Below, piece by piece: positions 1 through 10,624 of a stretch of DNA of 64,000 nucleotides. Source of the DNA: Deinococcota bacterium. GTDB taxonomy: Bacteria; Deinococcota; Deinococci; Deinococcales; Thermaceae. The notes below the pieces were generated by a model. The model ran no database searches and was not told the DNA's origin. It saw nothing but the letters and a program-made list of their open reading frames with translations. How positions within the stretch are numbered: position 1 is the stretch's first letter; the number at the start of each line of letters is the position of its first letter. The position numbers and the translations under genes were made by a program. Location: assembly GCA_041695225.1 (NCBI GenBank), contig JBGFRI010000005.1, forward strand, positions 32,001 to 96,000, written 5' to 3'.

Positions 1-13
1 ATGTGATGGTACC

Positions 14-1024
14 TTAGGCCTCGCGCCGAACCAGGGTCTGCAAAATTTCCAGCACCACCGTGCCCATGGCCCCACTGGGTGCTTTGAGCAAGACCGGCCC
101 CAGCATCGCCAACCCTTCGGTCAGCATCTGTTCGGCCAGGGTCTGGGCATAGTCCACCGCGCCCGACTGTAACAGTTGTTGATGTAACCAGTTCACCTCG
201 AGCCCCGATTTTTGCTCCCGGGGAATTCGCAGTAAATTCTCGGCCCGGGCTCGTTCGTCTGCACCGGCTTTACCCAGAAAGTGCAGCAGAATCAGGGTGC
301 GCTTACCCTCCCACAAATCGCCGCCAATTTCCTTGCCATACTTGGCCGGGTCGCCGCTGAGGTTGAGCACATCGTCCACAATCTGGAAACCGATCCCCAG
401 TTTTATCCCCGCCTCTTCCAGCACCGCAGCGGGCTCCAGGCCCGCCGCCAGAACGCCCAGGCGCAGCGGGGCCACGGCGGTGTAGTAGGCGGCTTTTTGC
501 CCCACCATCTCCAGATAGTCCGACTCCTGCAAGTCCAGGCGCTGGCGCTGCATCCAGGTCATCTCCAGGTGCTGCCCCTGGGCTGTGAGCTCTACCAGCC
601 GGGCAAACTCGAGCAACACCGCCTGCGAGACTCCAGCCTCGACCAGCAGGGCCCACTGCCTAGCGTGTAGCGCGTCGCCCGCGTTGAGCGCCAGGGGCAT
701 CCCATAGAGTTTGTGCAGGGCAGGCTTGCCGCGCCGTTCGTCGGAGGCATCCTCGATGTCGTCGTGGATCAGGGCCCAGTTTTGAAAAAGTTCAAGCGCC
801 GCTGCAATGGGCAGGAGCTGCTTGAGTTCGGCCCCATGGGCCAGTCCGGTGTATACCAGCAGCATTCCACGCAGCATCTTGCCGCCACGCTCGGGATACT
901 CGCGCAGCATCCGGGCATACTCGGCCAGCTCCGGGCGGTGGGCAGCCTCGGGTCGGGGCAGGGCAGCCAGCAGATAATGCTGGATAGCCTCGCGTACTAG
1001 GGCCGGGGAGAGGGCGGAGGTCAT
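14..1024 (-). CDS. Polyprenyl diphosphate synthase (GGPP synthase-like)
   Basis: GGKMLRG, first aspartate-rich motif LIHDDIED..RRG, second motif FQIVDD, GDLWEGK. Confidence 0.92.
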   Translation of the reverse strand: MTSALSPALVREAIQHYLLAALPRPEAAHRPELAEYARMLREYPERGGKMLRGMLLVYTGLAHGAELKQLLPIAAALELFQNWALIHDDIEDASDERRGKPALHKLYGMPLALNAGDALHARQWALLVEAGVSQAVLLEFARLVELTAQGQHLEMTWMQRQRLDLQESDYLEMVGQKAAYYTAVAPLRLGVLAAGLEPAAVLEEAGIKLGIGFQIVDDVLNLSGDPAKYGKEIGGDLWEGKRTLILLHFLGKAGADERARAENLLRIPREQKSGLEVNWLHQQLLQSGAVDYAQTLAEQMLTEGLAMLGPVLLKAPSGAMGTVVLEILQTLVRREA

Positions 1025-1459
1025 GGTCAGATACTACGGCGTGGAGCAAAAAGCTGGAAGCTTATACACCGGCTTTATGACATCGTTACCACACTAAACC
1101 CTATCTCTTCTTAGTAAGCGATAGCAAAGCCCTCCTGGAACATTTTGTGACCCGCTTACCCGCCGGTCTGGACTGCCTCGCTCGCTGTGGTCACTTGCAA
1201 TAACGGCTCGCCAGGTGCTTAGTCCTGTACATAAGCCGATGGCTTAATTGCAGGCAAGTATTCTCCTCTGCCTCAGGCCCGTACCTTATGGCTGACACTT
1301 TACATCATCTGCACCAGCCCTTAACACTCTTGCGGCACTGGCAGTTGGGCCTGTGCCAAGGGTGAGCATAGCCAGGGAAAATTTGGGTCTTTGTCATCGG
1401 TCAATGGTTGTGAGCGCTGCCCGCCTGCGCTAGACTAAAGCTCCACAGGAGGCTCAAAC

Positions 1460-2122
1460 ATGAGTATTCTTGACCGCCTTTCCCGACTGATTCGCGCCAA
1501 TCTCAACGACCTCATCAAGCGGGCCGAAGACCCCGAAAAGATTATCGAGCAAGCCGTAGAAGACATGCGGGCTGCGCTGAGGGATGCCCGGATGGAAGTG
1601 GCCGCGGCCATGGCCGAGCTGAGAAAGCTCGAGCGCGACCAGCAAAGCTACGCCGAGCAGGTTCGCGCCTGGGAACTCAAGGCTGCCGAAGCCCTCAAGA
1701 GCGAGCGCGAAGACCTGGCCCGCGAGGCCCTCAGGCGCAAGCAACAGGCCCAGGCCCTTTCCGATGGCTTTGCCCAGCAGATAGCCCAGCAACAGAACCT
1801 GGTCAGCCAGCTGACCACCCAGCTCAAGGCGCTGGAGAGCAAAATCCAGGAGTCCGAGGCCAAGAAAGCCCTGCTCATCGCCCGCAAAAAGGGTGTAAAG
1901 GCCGCCGAGACGGTACGCAGGTTCGAGTCCAAGGTAGACACCCACGGCGCGGTGGTGGCCTTTGAAGACATGGAGCGCCGCATCGAGGCCATGGAAGACA
2001 AGTATGCCGCCCTTTCGGAGATGGACAAAAACGACATCGAGAAGGAGCTTCAGAGCCTGCGCAGCAGTAGAGAAGTAGAAGATGACCTGGCCCGCCTCAA
2101 GCGAGACCTGGGGATGGCATAA
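1460..2122 (+). CDS. pspA: PspA/IM30 family protein
   Basis: MSILDRLSRLIRANLNDLI..AEDPEK N-terminus, long coiled coil, AGGAGG RBS. Confidence 0.93.
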   Translation: MSILDRLSRLIRANLNDLIKRAEDPEKIIEQAVEDMRAALRDARMEVAAAMAELRKLERDQQSYAEQVRAWELKAAEALKSEREDLAREALRRKQQAQALSDGFAQQIAQQQNLVSQLTTQLKALESKIQESEAKKALLIARKKGVKAAETVRRFESKVDTHGAVVAFEDMERRIEAMEDKYAALSEMDKNDIEKELQSLRSSREVEDDLARLKRDLGMA

Positions 2123-2124
2123 GA

Positions 2125-2256
2125 TGTCTCAAGTCGCGAGTCGCAGGTCGAAGCGCTTGCGCGCTTGGTCGAAGGTCGAAAGACGAAGGTCGTAGACCAA
2201 AGCACGATAAGGTCGTAGACCTTTGACCTTAGACCTTAGACCTGCGACCTGCGACA
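2125..2256. repeat. Degenerate 7-bp tandem repeat arms forming an inverted (hairpin) element
   Basis: gtctcaa-gtcgcga-gtcgcag-gtcgaa... followed by gaccttt-gacctta-gacctta-gacctgc-gacctgc-gaca. Confidence 0.75.
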
Positions 2257-2289
2257 TTTTTACGTGGCCGAGGATGGAGATGATTTATC

Positions 2290-2500
2290 CATAGACGTGC
2301 GTTTTATCCCCGAGTGTTGGCGCCGGCGCACATCCTGCCCGACTGCCGTCGCAATCGTTTCGACGGCAGTCGCTAGCAGTCCGAGAGCAGTCGCCGAGTT
2401 CAAAACGGCTCTCGCAACGCTTCTAAAGAGTTGCCCATCCGTCCCGAAGGACCCCGGAGCATGAAGCGGGGAGCTGACGCTTCATAAAAGGAGACGGAGA
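2290..2500 (-). ncRNA. Candidate structured RNA or palindromic element of unknown family
   Basis: Perfect 12-bp stem 2340-2351/2361-2372, stems 2382-2414 and 2414-2434, GUCC-UUCG-GGAC on the minus strand (2441-2452), 8-bp stem 2461-2468/2478-2485; no convincing ORF. Confidence 0.4.
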
Positions 2501-2507
2501 GGCTCCG

Positions 2508-2609
2508 AGGTCTAGAGCATTGCTGGTGGCCTTCGACTTTCGACCTTTGACATTTCACACGCGCTACGCGCTGTCGAAAGCCGAAGGTCAAAGGTCTAGA
2601 GCATTGCTG
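2508..2609. repeat. Heptamer-repeat hairpin bracketed by an 18-bp direct repeat
   Basis: aggtctagagcattgctg at 2508-2525 and 2592-2609, flanking cgacttt-cgacctt-tgaca ... tgtcgaaagccgaaggtcaaagg. Confidence 0.7.
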
Positions 2610-2684
2610 TGGGACTGGCTGCTCATAGCCCGTCCCACCGCTTCGCTCCGCTGCGGTGCCTTACATACGTCTTGCCGGTGGCGT

Positions 2685-3017
2685 TCAAGGATGGTTGAGA
2701 AATACCTCGCCCAACTGGGCCAGGCTGCCCACCGCCCGCCCAGTTGGCAGGTGGCGTACCACCACCTCGGCTGGGCCTTTGCTTACCTCTGCTACCGAGA
2801 AAAGCTCCCCGTCCACCTCTACCATGACCTCGCGGGCGCCGCAGATCTCCACCAGGCGGTACCGCCCCACACTTAGCCACTCCTCACCAAAGATGCGGCG
2901 CAGTTCCTCGTACGCCACGGTTTTATACCAGGCCTCCCCAGCCTGCATGGCCTCGGCCCGGTAGGCCGCAATAGCCGCATCCCGCAGACGGCCATCTTTG
3001 GGAAAGCCCGATTGCAT
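2685..3017 (-). CDS. Hypothetical protein
   Basis: 110-aa ORF with natural composition; start uncertain. Confidence 0.6.
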   Translation of the reverse strand: MQSGFPKDGRLRDAAIAAYRAEAMQAGEAWYKTVAYEELRRIFGEEWLSVGRYRLVEICGAREVMVEVDGELFSVAEVSKGPAEVVVRHLPTGRAVGSLAQLGEVFLNHP

Positions 3018-3409
3018 GGCCGCATATTAGTAGTGCCATGTAGCCGCTGTGTAAGCAACATGACAAAAGAGGCCTGAATGCCCAGCAAGCAAAGATGCTT
3101 TTACTTTCAGCCTTCCCACACGTAGCCGGAAGCAAAGCCCCATAAACCTAACTGGTTGCTCTGAGAATTGGGAGCTTGAGCGCTCGGAGCGAAGCCAGCG
3201 ACATACGGCTCTTATGCCTAACTAATTGAGTTACAAAAGCCGGGTTACCCAACAGCCTGATCTTGTTTGGCGCAGAATTCTGCCCACAAGCTGCTGGTAC
3301 TGGTTTTTGAAGGTCCAGGAGTCTCTGGCCGCAGCCGGACTGCCCAGGTCTTAATCAATTTGCTCGCGGTTTACATCCGCCGGCCCCCATCAAGGGTAAA
3401 CTTGGAACA

Positions 3410-4066
3410 ATGCTACGAGTCTTTGTACCAGTTTTGTTGTTGCTGGCAGCTTGTGCTCCTCGCACTGCTGAGCCCCAGGCTAGCGTCGCGGTCATTCAGG
3501 GTCCGGTAAGTTTCTATCCCGCGCAGCCGGGACTGGAATGGGTATACCTGCCCCAGGGTGCATCGGTGGCCGATCCTCCGTACCGCCTTGCAATTCTGGG
3601 CCCCACAACATTTGCCGGTCAGCCGGTCATACGGTTCAGGTTCAGCGGACGGGGTCAGGAGCGCAACTACTTCCGCCAGGTAGGTCCGACAGGGGTACGG
3701 CTACTGGGTTTCGAAGAGGTAATTACCAACTCAATTGTCCGCTTCCACCCGCCCATGCAGGAGTACCCCGCCGAAAACACCCTGGCCGTAGGAGCCCGAT
3801 GGGGTGGCGTAAGCCGCTGGGAAAAGCATATTCTGGTCAACAATCGGCTCACTCCCACAGGCGCGGGCAGCTTTGAGTACACCTACCAGGTGGTGGGTCG
3901 TATCAGGGTAACGGTAGGGGCCGGGGCCTTTGAAGCCTGGCGCATCACCCTGCGAATCAAACCTGCCCAAGGAGATGTCGAGAATCACGAGATCTGGTTT
4001 GTGCCGGGGGTGGGGGAGGTACGCACCAACGAGGGCCTTCTTCTGGTCGATCGCAACTTCCACTAA
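3410..4066 (+). CDS. Putative lipoprotein, beta-rich
   Basis: Lipobox LLAAC; C-terminal VTVGAGAFEAW..WFVPGVGEVR motif. Confidence 0.8.
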   Translation: MLRVFVPVLLLLAACAPRTAEPQASVAVIQGPVSFYPAQPGLEWVYLPQGASVADPPYRLAILGPTTFAGQPVIRFRFSGRGQERNYFRQVGPTGVRLLGFEEVITNSIVRFHPPMQEYPAENTLAVGARWGGVSRWEKHILVNNRLTPTGAGSFEYTYQVVGRIRVTVGAGAFEAWRITLRIKPAQGDVENHEIWFVPGVGEVRTNEGLLLVDRNFH

Positions 4067-4180
4067 AAGGTGGTCAGCCGTAGAATGGGCCTGACCTTTG
4101 TTCTCTGGGGCACAGCGCAAAACCATCAGTCCCCTAGAGTTGAGAGAAATGTTTATATCCAGTCCCCCTTGGAGGCGTGT

Positions 4181-6040
4181 GTGATTCTGGACAAGGTCAA
4201 CCAACCCCAAGACCTTAAGCCCCTCTCGCAAGCAGAGTTGCTACAACTAGCGGAAGAATTGCGCAGCGAGATTATCCGGGTTTGCGCCCAAAACGGCGGC
4301 CACCTGGCCTCCTCGCTGGGGGCTGTAGAGCTAATTGTGGCCTTACACAAAGTATTTGATTCACCGCGTGACCGCCTGCTTTTCGACGTGGGCCACCAGG
4401 CCTACGCCCACAAGATCCTCACTGGGCGCAAGGATGTGTTACATACCGTTCGCCAGGAAGGGGGCATCAGTGGATTTACCAAAGTCTCGGAGAGTGAACA
4501 CGATGCCATCACGGTGGGCCATGCTTCTACTTCACTGGCCAACGCGCTGGGCATGGTTATCGCCCGCGATACCCTGGGTGAGGATTACCACGTCGTGGGC
4601 ATCATCGGCGACGGGGCGCTCACCGGTGGGATGGCCCTGGCGGCCTTAAATGTGATTGGCGAGCGCAAACCAAAACTGCTGATAATCCTGAACGACAACG
4701 AGATGTCCATCTCGGAAAACGTGGGAGCCCTGAACCATTATTTCAAGGAGTATCAGACCAAAAAGTGGGTGCAGGACACCCAGAAGTGGGGCAAGCAGGT
4801 CTTGGAGGGCATCTCGCCCAAGCTTTTTAATCTGGTAGACCGGGCCAAGGAAGCCGCCAAACTAATGCTGCACCAGGAGAACCCTTTTTATGCCTGGGGC
4901 ATTCGTTATGTGGGGCCAGTAGACGGACACGACTTGCCGGGTTTGATCCATGTTCTGGAGCAGATAAAAGAGCTGGATGGCCCCACCATGCTTCACATAG
5001 TTACTCAGAAAGGCAAGGGTTATGGGGTGGCAGAGGCCGATCCTATCTACTGGCACGGGCCGCCCGGCTTCAATGTTGACAACCCCGAGAAGGTTAGCAA
5101 GGGCTACTCCTGGTCGGCGGCTTTCGGTGATGCCGTGACCGAGCTGGCACATCAAGAGCCCCGGCTCTTCGTGATTACTCCGGCCATGCGCGAAGGTTCT
5201 GGGCTGGTGAAGTATTCCCAGACACACCCCGAGCGCTACCTGGATACTGGCATCTGCGAGGATGTGGCAGCCACAGCAGCGGCAGGCATGGCTTTGCGTG
5301 GACTCAAGCCGGTGCTGGCCATCTACTCTACGTTTATGCAACGGGCCTTCGATCAGATCGTCCACGATATCGCTATCGAAAACATACCTGTGGTCTTCGC
5401 GGTGGATCGGGCGGGCATCGTGGGAGGAGATGGTGCAACTCATAACGGGGTTTTTGACATCGCCTATCTGCGTACCATTCCTAACCTGCAGATTGCCGCC
5501 CCGAAAGACGCCCTGGAACTGCGGGCCATGCTGAAGTATGCGATTAACGCCGGTGCGCCCATTGCCATTCGCTATGCCCGCGACAACGTGGAAAAGGCTC
5601 CTCAAGGGGCCTGGCCCCAGATTGAGTGGGGCCGCTGGGAGGTGCTAAAAGAAGGCCGCAAAGCTTATATCCTGACTTTCGGCAAGACCCTCAGGTATGC
5701 GCTCGAGGCCGCTACAGACCACCTCGAGGTGGGAGTCATCAACGCTCGGTTTATCAAGCCCGTTGACAAGGAAATGTTGGAGATGCTGGCGCTGGGTGGC
5801 TACAAGCTGGTTACTACCGAAGACCACCAAAAAGCGGGGGGCTTTGGCAGTGCTGTGCTAGAGACTCTGAACGATCTTGGGTTAAAGCCCGATATCCGGG
5901 TGCTGGGACTGCCTGACCTGTTCTACGACCATGGTTCTATTGCCCGTATGCACCGCGAGGCCGGGATTGATTCAGAAGCTATTCGGCGTGCTTTAGCAGA
6001 GATGGGAGTAGCAGCAACTACCCGGCCACACCGGGTGTGA
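4181..6040 (+). CDS. dxs: 1-deoxy-D-xylulose-5-phosphate synthase
   Basis: [57 protein letters not shown] start after GGAGG. Confidence 0.96.
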   Translation: MILDKVNQPQDLKPLSQAELLQLAEELRSEIIRVCAQNGGHLASSLGAVELIVALHKVFDSPRDRLLFDVGHQAYAHKILTGRKDVLHTVRQEGGISGFTKVSESEHDAITVGHASTSLANALGMVIARDTLGEDYHVVGIIGDGALTGGMALAALNVIGERKPKLLIILNDNEMSISENVGALNHYFKEYQTKKWVQDTQKWGKQVLEGISPKLFNLVDRAKEAAKLMLHQENPFYAWGIRYVGPVDGHDLPGLIHVLEQIKELDGPTMLHIVTQKGKGYGVAEADPIYWHGPPGFNVDNPEKVSKGYSWSAAFGDAVTELAHQEPRLFVITPAMREGSGLVKYSQTHPERYLDTGICEDVAATAAAGMALRGLKPVLAIYSTFMQRAFDQIVHDIAIENIPVVFAVDRAGIVGGDGATHNGVFDIAYLRTIPNLQIAAPKDALELRAMLKYAINAGAPIAIRYARDNVEKAPQGAWPQIEWGRWEVLKEGRKAYILTFGKTLRYALEAATDHLEVGVINARFIKPVDKEMLEMLALGGYKLVTTEDHQKAGGFGSAVLETLNDLGLKPDIRVLGLPDLFYDHGSIARMHREAGIDSEAIRRALAEMGVAATTRPHRV

Positions 6041-6240
6041 ACCTCCTCATGAACGGTGGTGCAAGTCTTGCTATCCTACCTCTGGTTGGGGAGTAGCCGC
6101 CCGCGTTTGCGGGTGTCTGGGTCGTCAATACGGGGCATAAACCCTCGGTCTGGACAGGTTCACCAGAACCTTCGGCAAGACCACCACGGCAGTTTTCCGT
6201 GGTGTTTTTTTACTTTTTGGAGAACAGGAGACCATGCCCG

Positions 6241-6456
6241 ATGAAACGAATACTCTTCAAGCTACTGGCATTGTTGGTTGGGAAGTTTCTGGCAAGGCGT
6301 TTTGGTCGTGGTCGGCACCAGGGTTATGACGCTCGGCACTACGACCACGACTCATATTCCCGGGGCCACCTCCCTTACCAGGGTGGGTTTTTCAAGCCCT
6401 ACAAGTACAGGCGGAAGAAAAGTAAGTTCAGGAGGTTAATGGACTGGCTGGATTAG
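6241..6456 (+). CDS. Small basic hypothetical protein
   Basis: AGGAG RBS; hydrophobic N-terminus, His/Tyr-rich middle, KKSKFRRLMDWLD tail. Confidence 0.6.
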   Translation: MKRILFKLLALLVGKFLARRFGRGRHQGYDARHYDHDSYSRGHLPYQGGFFKPYKYRRKKSKFRRLMDWLD

Positions 6457-6743
6457 AGTGGTATTTGGAAGGATTTGGGATTTCCACCAGCCCGCCGTTG
6501 CAAAATGTTTAAAGCTCCCTCATCTGTCCGGTTCTCACCTGTGTAGGGATGAGACCAGAGATGCGATTCCAACCAGGATGCAAACACTTCCGGCCGGCTG
6601 CATACCCAGCCCTCCAAAGTATTGCCCTCAGGTATGAGCCCGGAGCGCTAGGGTTTAGAGTGTCTGTACTGGAAGCCTTCGCGGCTAGCCTTCCAGTGGC
6701 CAGTGATAATCACTAGGCCCTATGCGTTGTGAAGGGAGGAGAA

Positions 6744-7502
6744 ATGAACGCGCTACTGCTATGGGCTCTGGGCATTCTGGGTGTGCTGGTGTTGGTTTGG
6801 GGTCTGGCCCGCCTTCAGCGCGGCGGGCTAGGCTGGGCGGTTTTTGGCGCGCTGATGGGCGTATTTGGACTGGGTGGGGTCTGGCTCCATCAGCAGTATG
6901 GCGCCACAGTCTTCTGGGGCCTGGGGGTTCTGGGGGTGTTGTTGCTGGTCTGGGCCATTCTAAACCTGCGCCGGTATCGCTCAGCAGGCTGGTCGGCAGC
7001 ACTGGCTGTTTTGCTGGGTCTTACGGGTTTTGGTAGCATCACCCTGCTGGCTAGTCCCACCCAGAACCTGCTTACCCCTGGTGCATTTCCCGACACCGCT
7101 GTAGTGACCCCCGCTGAGCCGATGGAACCACCCCCAGCTCCAACTGCTCCCGAAGCTGGCCTTCCCGAGGCTGTCCCTGAACCCGCACCACCAGCCCCTA
7201 CCACACCCGAAGCTGCCCCGCTACCTCCTGCCACACCTGCCCTGCCGGTTGCTACGGGCATTGTGCGCGAAGTAGAACCAGCCTGTCCCTGCCTTCTGAA
7301 TGTGATGGTCCGTGCATCCAACCCTACCATTCGCATTCTGCAAGGAACCACCGAGATTGCCAGGAGCAGCCTGGGGCGCTCGATCTTTCTGCTCGAGGCC
7401 GGCGACTACACCCTACTGGTCGAGGCCCCTGGCTACCGCAGTTTTAGCGGACTAATTAGTGTGCCCAGGAACAGAAATCTGGAAGTGGAGCTGGCGCGCT
7501 GA
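6744..7502 (+). CDS. Membrane protein with Pro-rich linker and C-terminal PEGA-like domain
   Basis: About four TM segments, PAP-rich linker, LEAGDYTLLVEAPGYRSF. Confidence 0.8.
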   Translation: MNALLLWALGILGVLVLVWGLARLQRGGLGWAVFGALMGVFGLGGVWLHQQYGATVFWGLGVLGVLLLVWAILNLRRYRSAGWSAALAVLLGLTGFGSITLLASPTQNLLTPGAFPDTAVVTPAEPMEPPPAPTAPEAGLPEAVPEPAPPAPTTPEAAPLPPATPALPVATGIVREVEPACPCLLNVMVRASNPTIRILQGTTEIARSSLGRSIFLLEAGDYTLLVEAPGYRSFSGLISVPRNRNLEVELAR

Positions 7503-7596
7503 GCTGATTAGCTCCATTAGCCCTCTGTTATCCGCCCCCCTTCTGCGTTTTACTGCACAGTCAGCAGTGCCCGATTTTGGTCGGCCTAGATCTCCA

Positions 7597-7773
7597 TCAG
7601 CGGCTCGCTCCGCCCATCAGGCTACCGACCATCATCAGCATCAGGATCAACCAGACCTTCAGCACCTCGCACACCACAGGGGTTTTGCTGCGCCGGAAGT
7701 TGGAACAGCCCACCAGACGCGCAATAATTACTGCTGCAACCGTAGCAAACAGAGGCCACAGGAGACTCAACAC
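7597..7773 (-). CDS. Putative small two-TM membrane protein
   Basis: GTG start after GGAG; two hydrophobic helices joined by a basic loop containing two Cys. Confidence 0.45.
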   Translation of the reverse strand: MLSLLWPLFATVAAVIIARLVGCSNFRRSKTPVVCEVLKVWLILMLMMVGSLMGGASR

Positions 7774-7843
7774 CTTGGCTCCAAGGTAAAAGCTCCCTGC
7801 ACCAGACCTTGTGCGAAAATACCAGAGCGTAAGGTCTGGTCCC

Positions 7844-10324
7844 ATGTCCGAGCTAGCCCTGCCTATCTACTCAGTCCTGCCCGAGCTACGAAAAGCGCTC
7901 GGCCAGCACCAGACGGTGATTCTGCAAGCGCCTCCCGGCGCGGGCAAAAGCACCGTCTTGCCCCTGGAGCTGCTAACAGAACCCTGGCTCAGGGGGCAAA
8001 AAATCTGGATGCTCGAGCCCCGCCGCCTGGCGGCCCGCAATGTGGCGGCCCGTATGGCGGCTTTGCTGGGCGAGGAAGTGGGGCAGACCGTGGGCTACCG
8101 GGTGCGCTTCGAAAGCCGGGTAGGGCCAAGTACGCGAATTGAAGTGCTTACTGAGGGCATCCTGACCCGCCGCCTGCAAAAAGACCCCAGCCTGGAAGGG
8201 GTGGGGCTGGTCATCTTCGACGAGTTCCACGAGCGCAGCCTGCAAGCCGATCTGGCCCTGGTGCTCTGCCGCGAGGTGCAGCAAGCCCTGCGCGACGATC
8301 TGCGGCTTTTGCTGATGTCGGCTACGCTGGACGGAGAGAACCTGAGTCGGTTGTTGGGGGCTCCCGTCCTCAGGGCCGAGGGACGGCAGTACCCGGTAGA
8401 GATCCATCACCTGCCCCGCGACCCGGCAGGCCCGCTTTCGGGTGCTGTGGCCGGTGCGGTCTTCAGGGCTTTGAGCGAGCAGAGCGGTGACATCCTGGTC
8501 TTCTTGCCGGGCGTGGGTGAGATTCGACGTGTAGAGCGGCTGGTGGCCGAGCGCCACCCCGAGGTCAAGCTTACCCCGCTTTACGGCGACCTGCCGCTTT
8601 CAGCCCATCAGGAGGCCATCCTGCCCGACCCCACCCGGCGCAAGGTGGTGCTGGCGACCTCCATTGCCGAAACCAGCCTGACCATCGAGGGCATCCGGGT
8701 AGTGGTGGACTCGGGCTACTCGAGGGCTCCCTCCTTCGATGCGAAGACTGGCCTCACCCGTCTAAAGACGGTCCGGGTCACCCGCGATGCCGCCGAACAA
8801 CGCACTGGGCGGGCCGGGCGCCTGGGGCCGGGGGTCTGCTACCGGCTGTGGAGCCGTGCCACCCATCAGCAGCTCCAGGCTCGGCGCAAACCAGAGATTC
8901 TGGAGGCCGACCTGGCTCCGCTGGTGCTCGAGCTGGCCCAGTGGGGCGTACAAGACCCCTACGCACTGGACTGGATCACACCCCCACCGGCGGGGGCCAT
9001 CCGGCAGGCTTTAGAGCTGCTGGAAGCCCTGGGTGCGCTGGAAGGCTCAGCTCTGACCGCACGGGGAAAGCAGATGGCAGACTGGCCCACCCACCCCCGG
9101 CTGGCCCACCTGTTGCTGGAAGGCCAGGCTCTGGGACAGAGCGCACTTGCCGCCGACCTGGCGGCCCTGCTGGAGGAGCGCGACCCCTTGCCAAAAGAAG
9201 CCGGGGCCGACCTTGGCCTGCGCCTGGGGGCCCTGCGTGGCTGGCGCAGAAGCGGGCAGACCCTGCCCGGGGCCGAGACCGGCGTGCTGTCCAGGGTAGA
9301 GCGGCTGAGTGCGCAGTGGCGCAGGCGACTGGGTGTTAGCGCCGACAACCGCCCTCCCGACCCGGGCGCGGTGGGCCTGCTAACTGCCCTGGCCTACCCC
9401 GACCGCCTGGCCCGCCTGCGCGACGGTGAGCTCCTGCGCTACCGCCTGTCGGGTGGGCCTGGGGTGCGGCTGGGGGAGGATGATCCCCTGGCAGGCTCCC
9501 CCTGGCTGGCTGTAGCCCATCTGGACGCAGGCGAGAACGAAGGGCGAATCTTTCTGGCCTCGATGGTTAGGCTTGAAGACTTGCAGCCATTCGCCCGGCA
9601 GGTAAAGACCATCGCCTGGGACGCCCGGAACGGGGTATTGCTGGCCCAGCGGGAAACCAGAATTGGCGAACTGGTGCTGTCCAGCCAACCCTTACGAGTG
9701 ATTGACCCCCAGCAGCGCAGCAAAATTCTCTGCCAGGTAGTGCGCTCGGAGGGCCTGGGTTTGCTTTCCTGGACTGAAGAACTGCGCCAGTGGCAGGCCC
9801 GGGTGTTAAGTTTGCGAAGCTGGCGGCCCGATGAAAACTGGCCCGATCTCTCCGACGCGCATCTGCTAAAGACCCTGGAAGACTGGCTGGCCCCCTGGCT
9901 CGAGCTGGTCTGGCGGCGGGAGGATTTTGCCCGGCTCGAGCTGGCCAGCATCCTGGGAGGGCTGCTGCCCTGGCCGCTTCCGGCCCGGTTGGACGCACTG
10001 GCCCCCACCCGGATCACTGTGCCCAGCGGCTCGCACATCAAGCTGACCTACCCATCCGATGGCGGCCCGCCGGTGCTGGCAGTAAAGCTACAGGAGCTGT
10101 TTGGCCTGGCCGATACCCCTACCGTCAACGAAGGCCGCACACCGGTCTTGCTACACCTGCTCTCCCCGGCCAGACGGCCCATCCAGGTCACACAAGACTT
10201 GCGTAGCTTCTGGAACAACACCTATCCCGAAGTTCGCAAGGAGCTGCGGGGACGGTACAGCAGACACCCCTGGCCCGAAGACCCCTGGAAAGCAGAGCCC
10301 ACGCGCAAAGCCAGGCCCCGATAG
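7844..10324 (+). CDS. hrpB: ATP-dependent RNA helicase HrpB
   Basis: APPGAGKST, DEFHER, MSAT, QRTGRAGR, C-terminal RGRYSRHPWPEDP. Confidence 0.96.
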   Translation: MSELALPIYSVLPELRKALGQHQTVILQAPPGAGKSTVLPLELLTEPWLRGQKIWMLEPRRLAARNVAARMAALLGEEVGQTVGYRVRFESRVGPSTRIEVLTEGILTRRLQKDPSLEGVGLVIFDEFHERSLQADLALVLCREVQQALRDDLRLLLMSATLDGENLSRLLGAPVLRAEGRQYPVEIHHLPRDPAGPLSGAVAGAVFRALSEQSGDILVFLPGVGEIRRVERLVAERHPEVKLTPLYGDLPLSAHQEAILPDPTRRKVVLATSIAETSLTIEGIRVVVDSGYSRAPSFDAKTGLTRLKTVRVTRDAAEQRTGRAGRLGPGVCYRLWSRATHQQLQARRKPEILEADLAPLVLELAQWGVQDPYALDWITPPPAGAIRQALELLEALGALEGSALTARGKQMADWPTHPRLAHLLLEGQALGQSALAADLAALLEERDPLPKEAGADLGLRLGALRGWRRSGQTLPGAETGVLSRVERLSAQWRRRLGVSADNRPPDPGAVGLLTALAYPDRLARLRDGELLRYRLSGGPGVRLGEDDPLAGSPWLAVAHLDAGENEGRIFLASMVRLEDLQPFARQVKTIAWDARNGVLLAQRETRIGELVLSSQPLRVIDPQQRSKILCQVVRSEGLGLLSWTEELRQWQARVLSLRSWRPDENWPDLSDAHLLKTLEDWLAPWLELVWRREDFARLELASILGGLLPWPLPARLDALAPTRITVPSGSHIKLTYPSDGGPPVLAVKLQELFGLADTPTVNEGRTPVLLHLLSPARRPIQVTQDLRSFWNNTYPEVRKELRGRYSRHPWPEDPWKAEPTRKARPR

Positions 10325-10624
10325 AACCCCGCTACGCTTCAAGCGAATTCCGGATTTACCCCAGACACGGTAGCCTATCTTGCTGTGTCACCCTTTAAAA
10401 GAAGGTCGCATGACAAAAAGCTGTTGACCCGAGACTTGAGACATCCTTAGGCTCCTCGCCGATACCGAGTCAGCGTTTCTGGACCTGGACGGAGTCTTCG
10501 GGGATGGGTACGGCATCGGTTAATCATCCCAAATCCCCGGCCACCCCATGATCCACTCCATGGACCGTCTGGCGAGAGGCGAGAGACCACGGACTTCAGT
10601 CTGAAGAGCCGTTGCTTATTGAGC

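Noticed and set aside
2125..2256. Short tandem repeats read as CRISPR
   Set aside because: 7-bp periodic degenerate units with no unique spacers.
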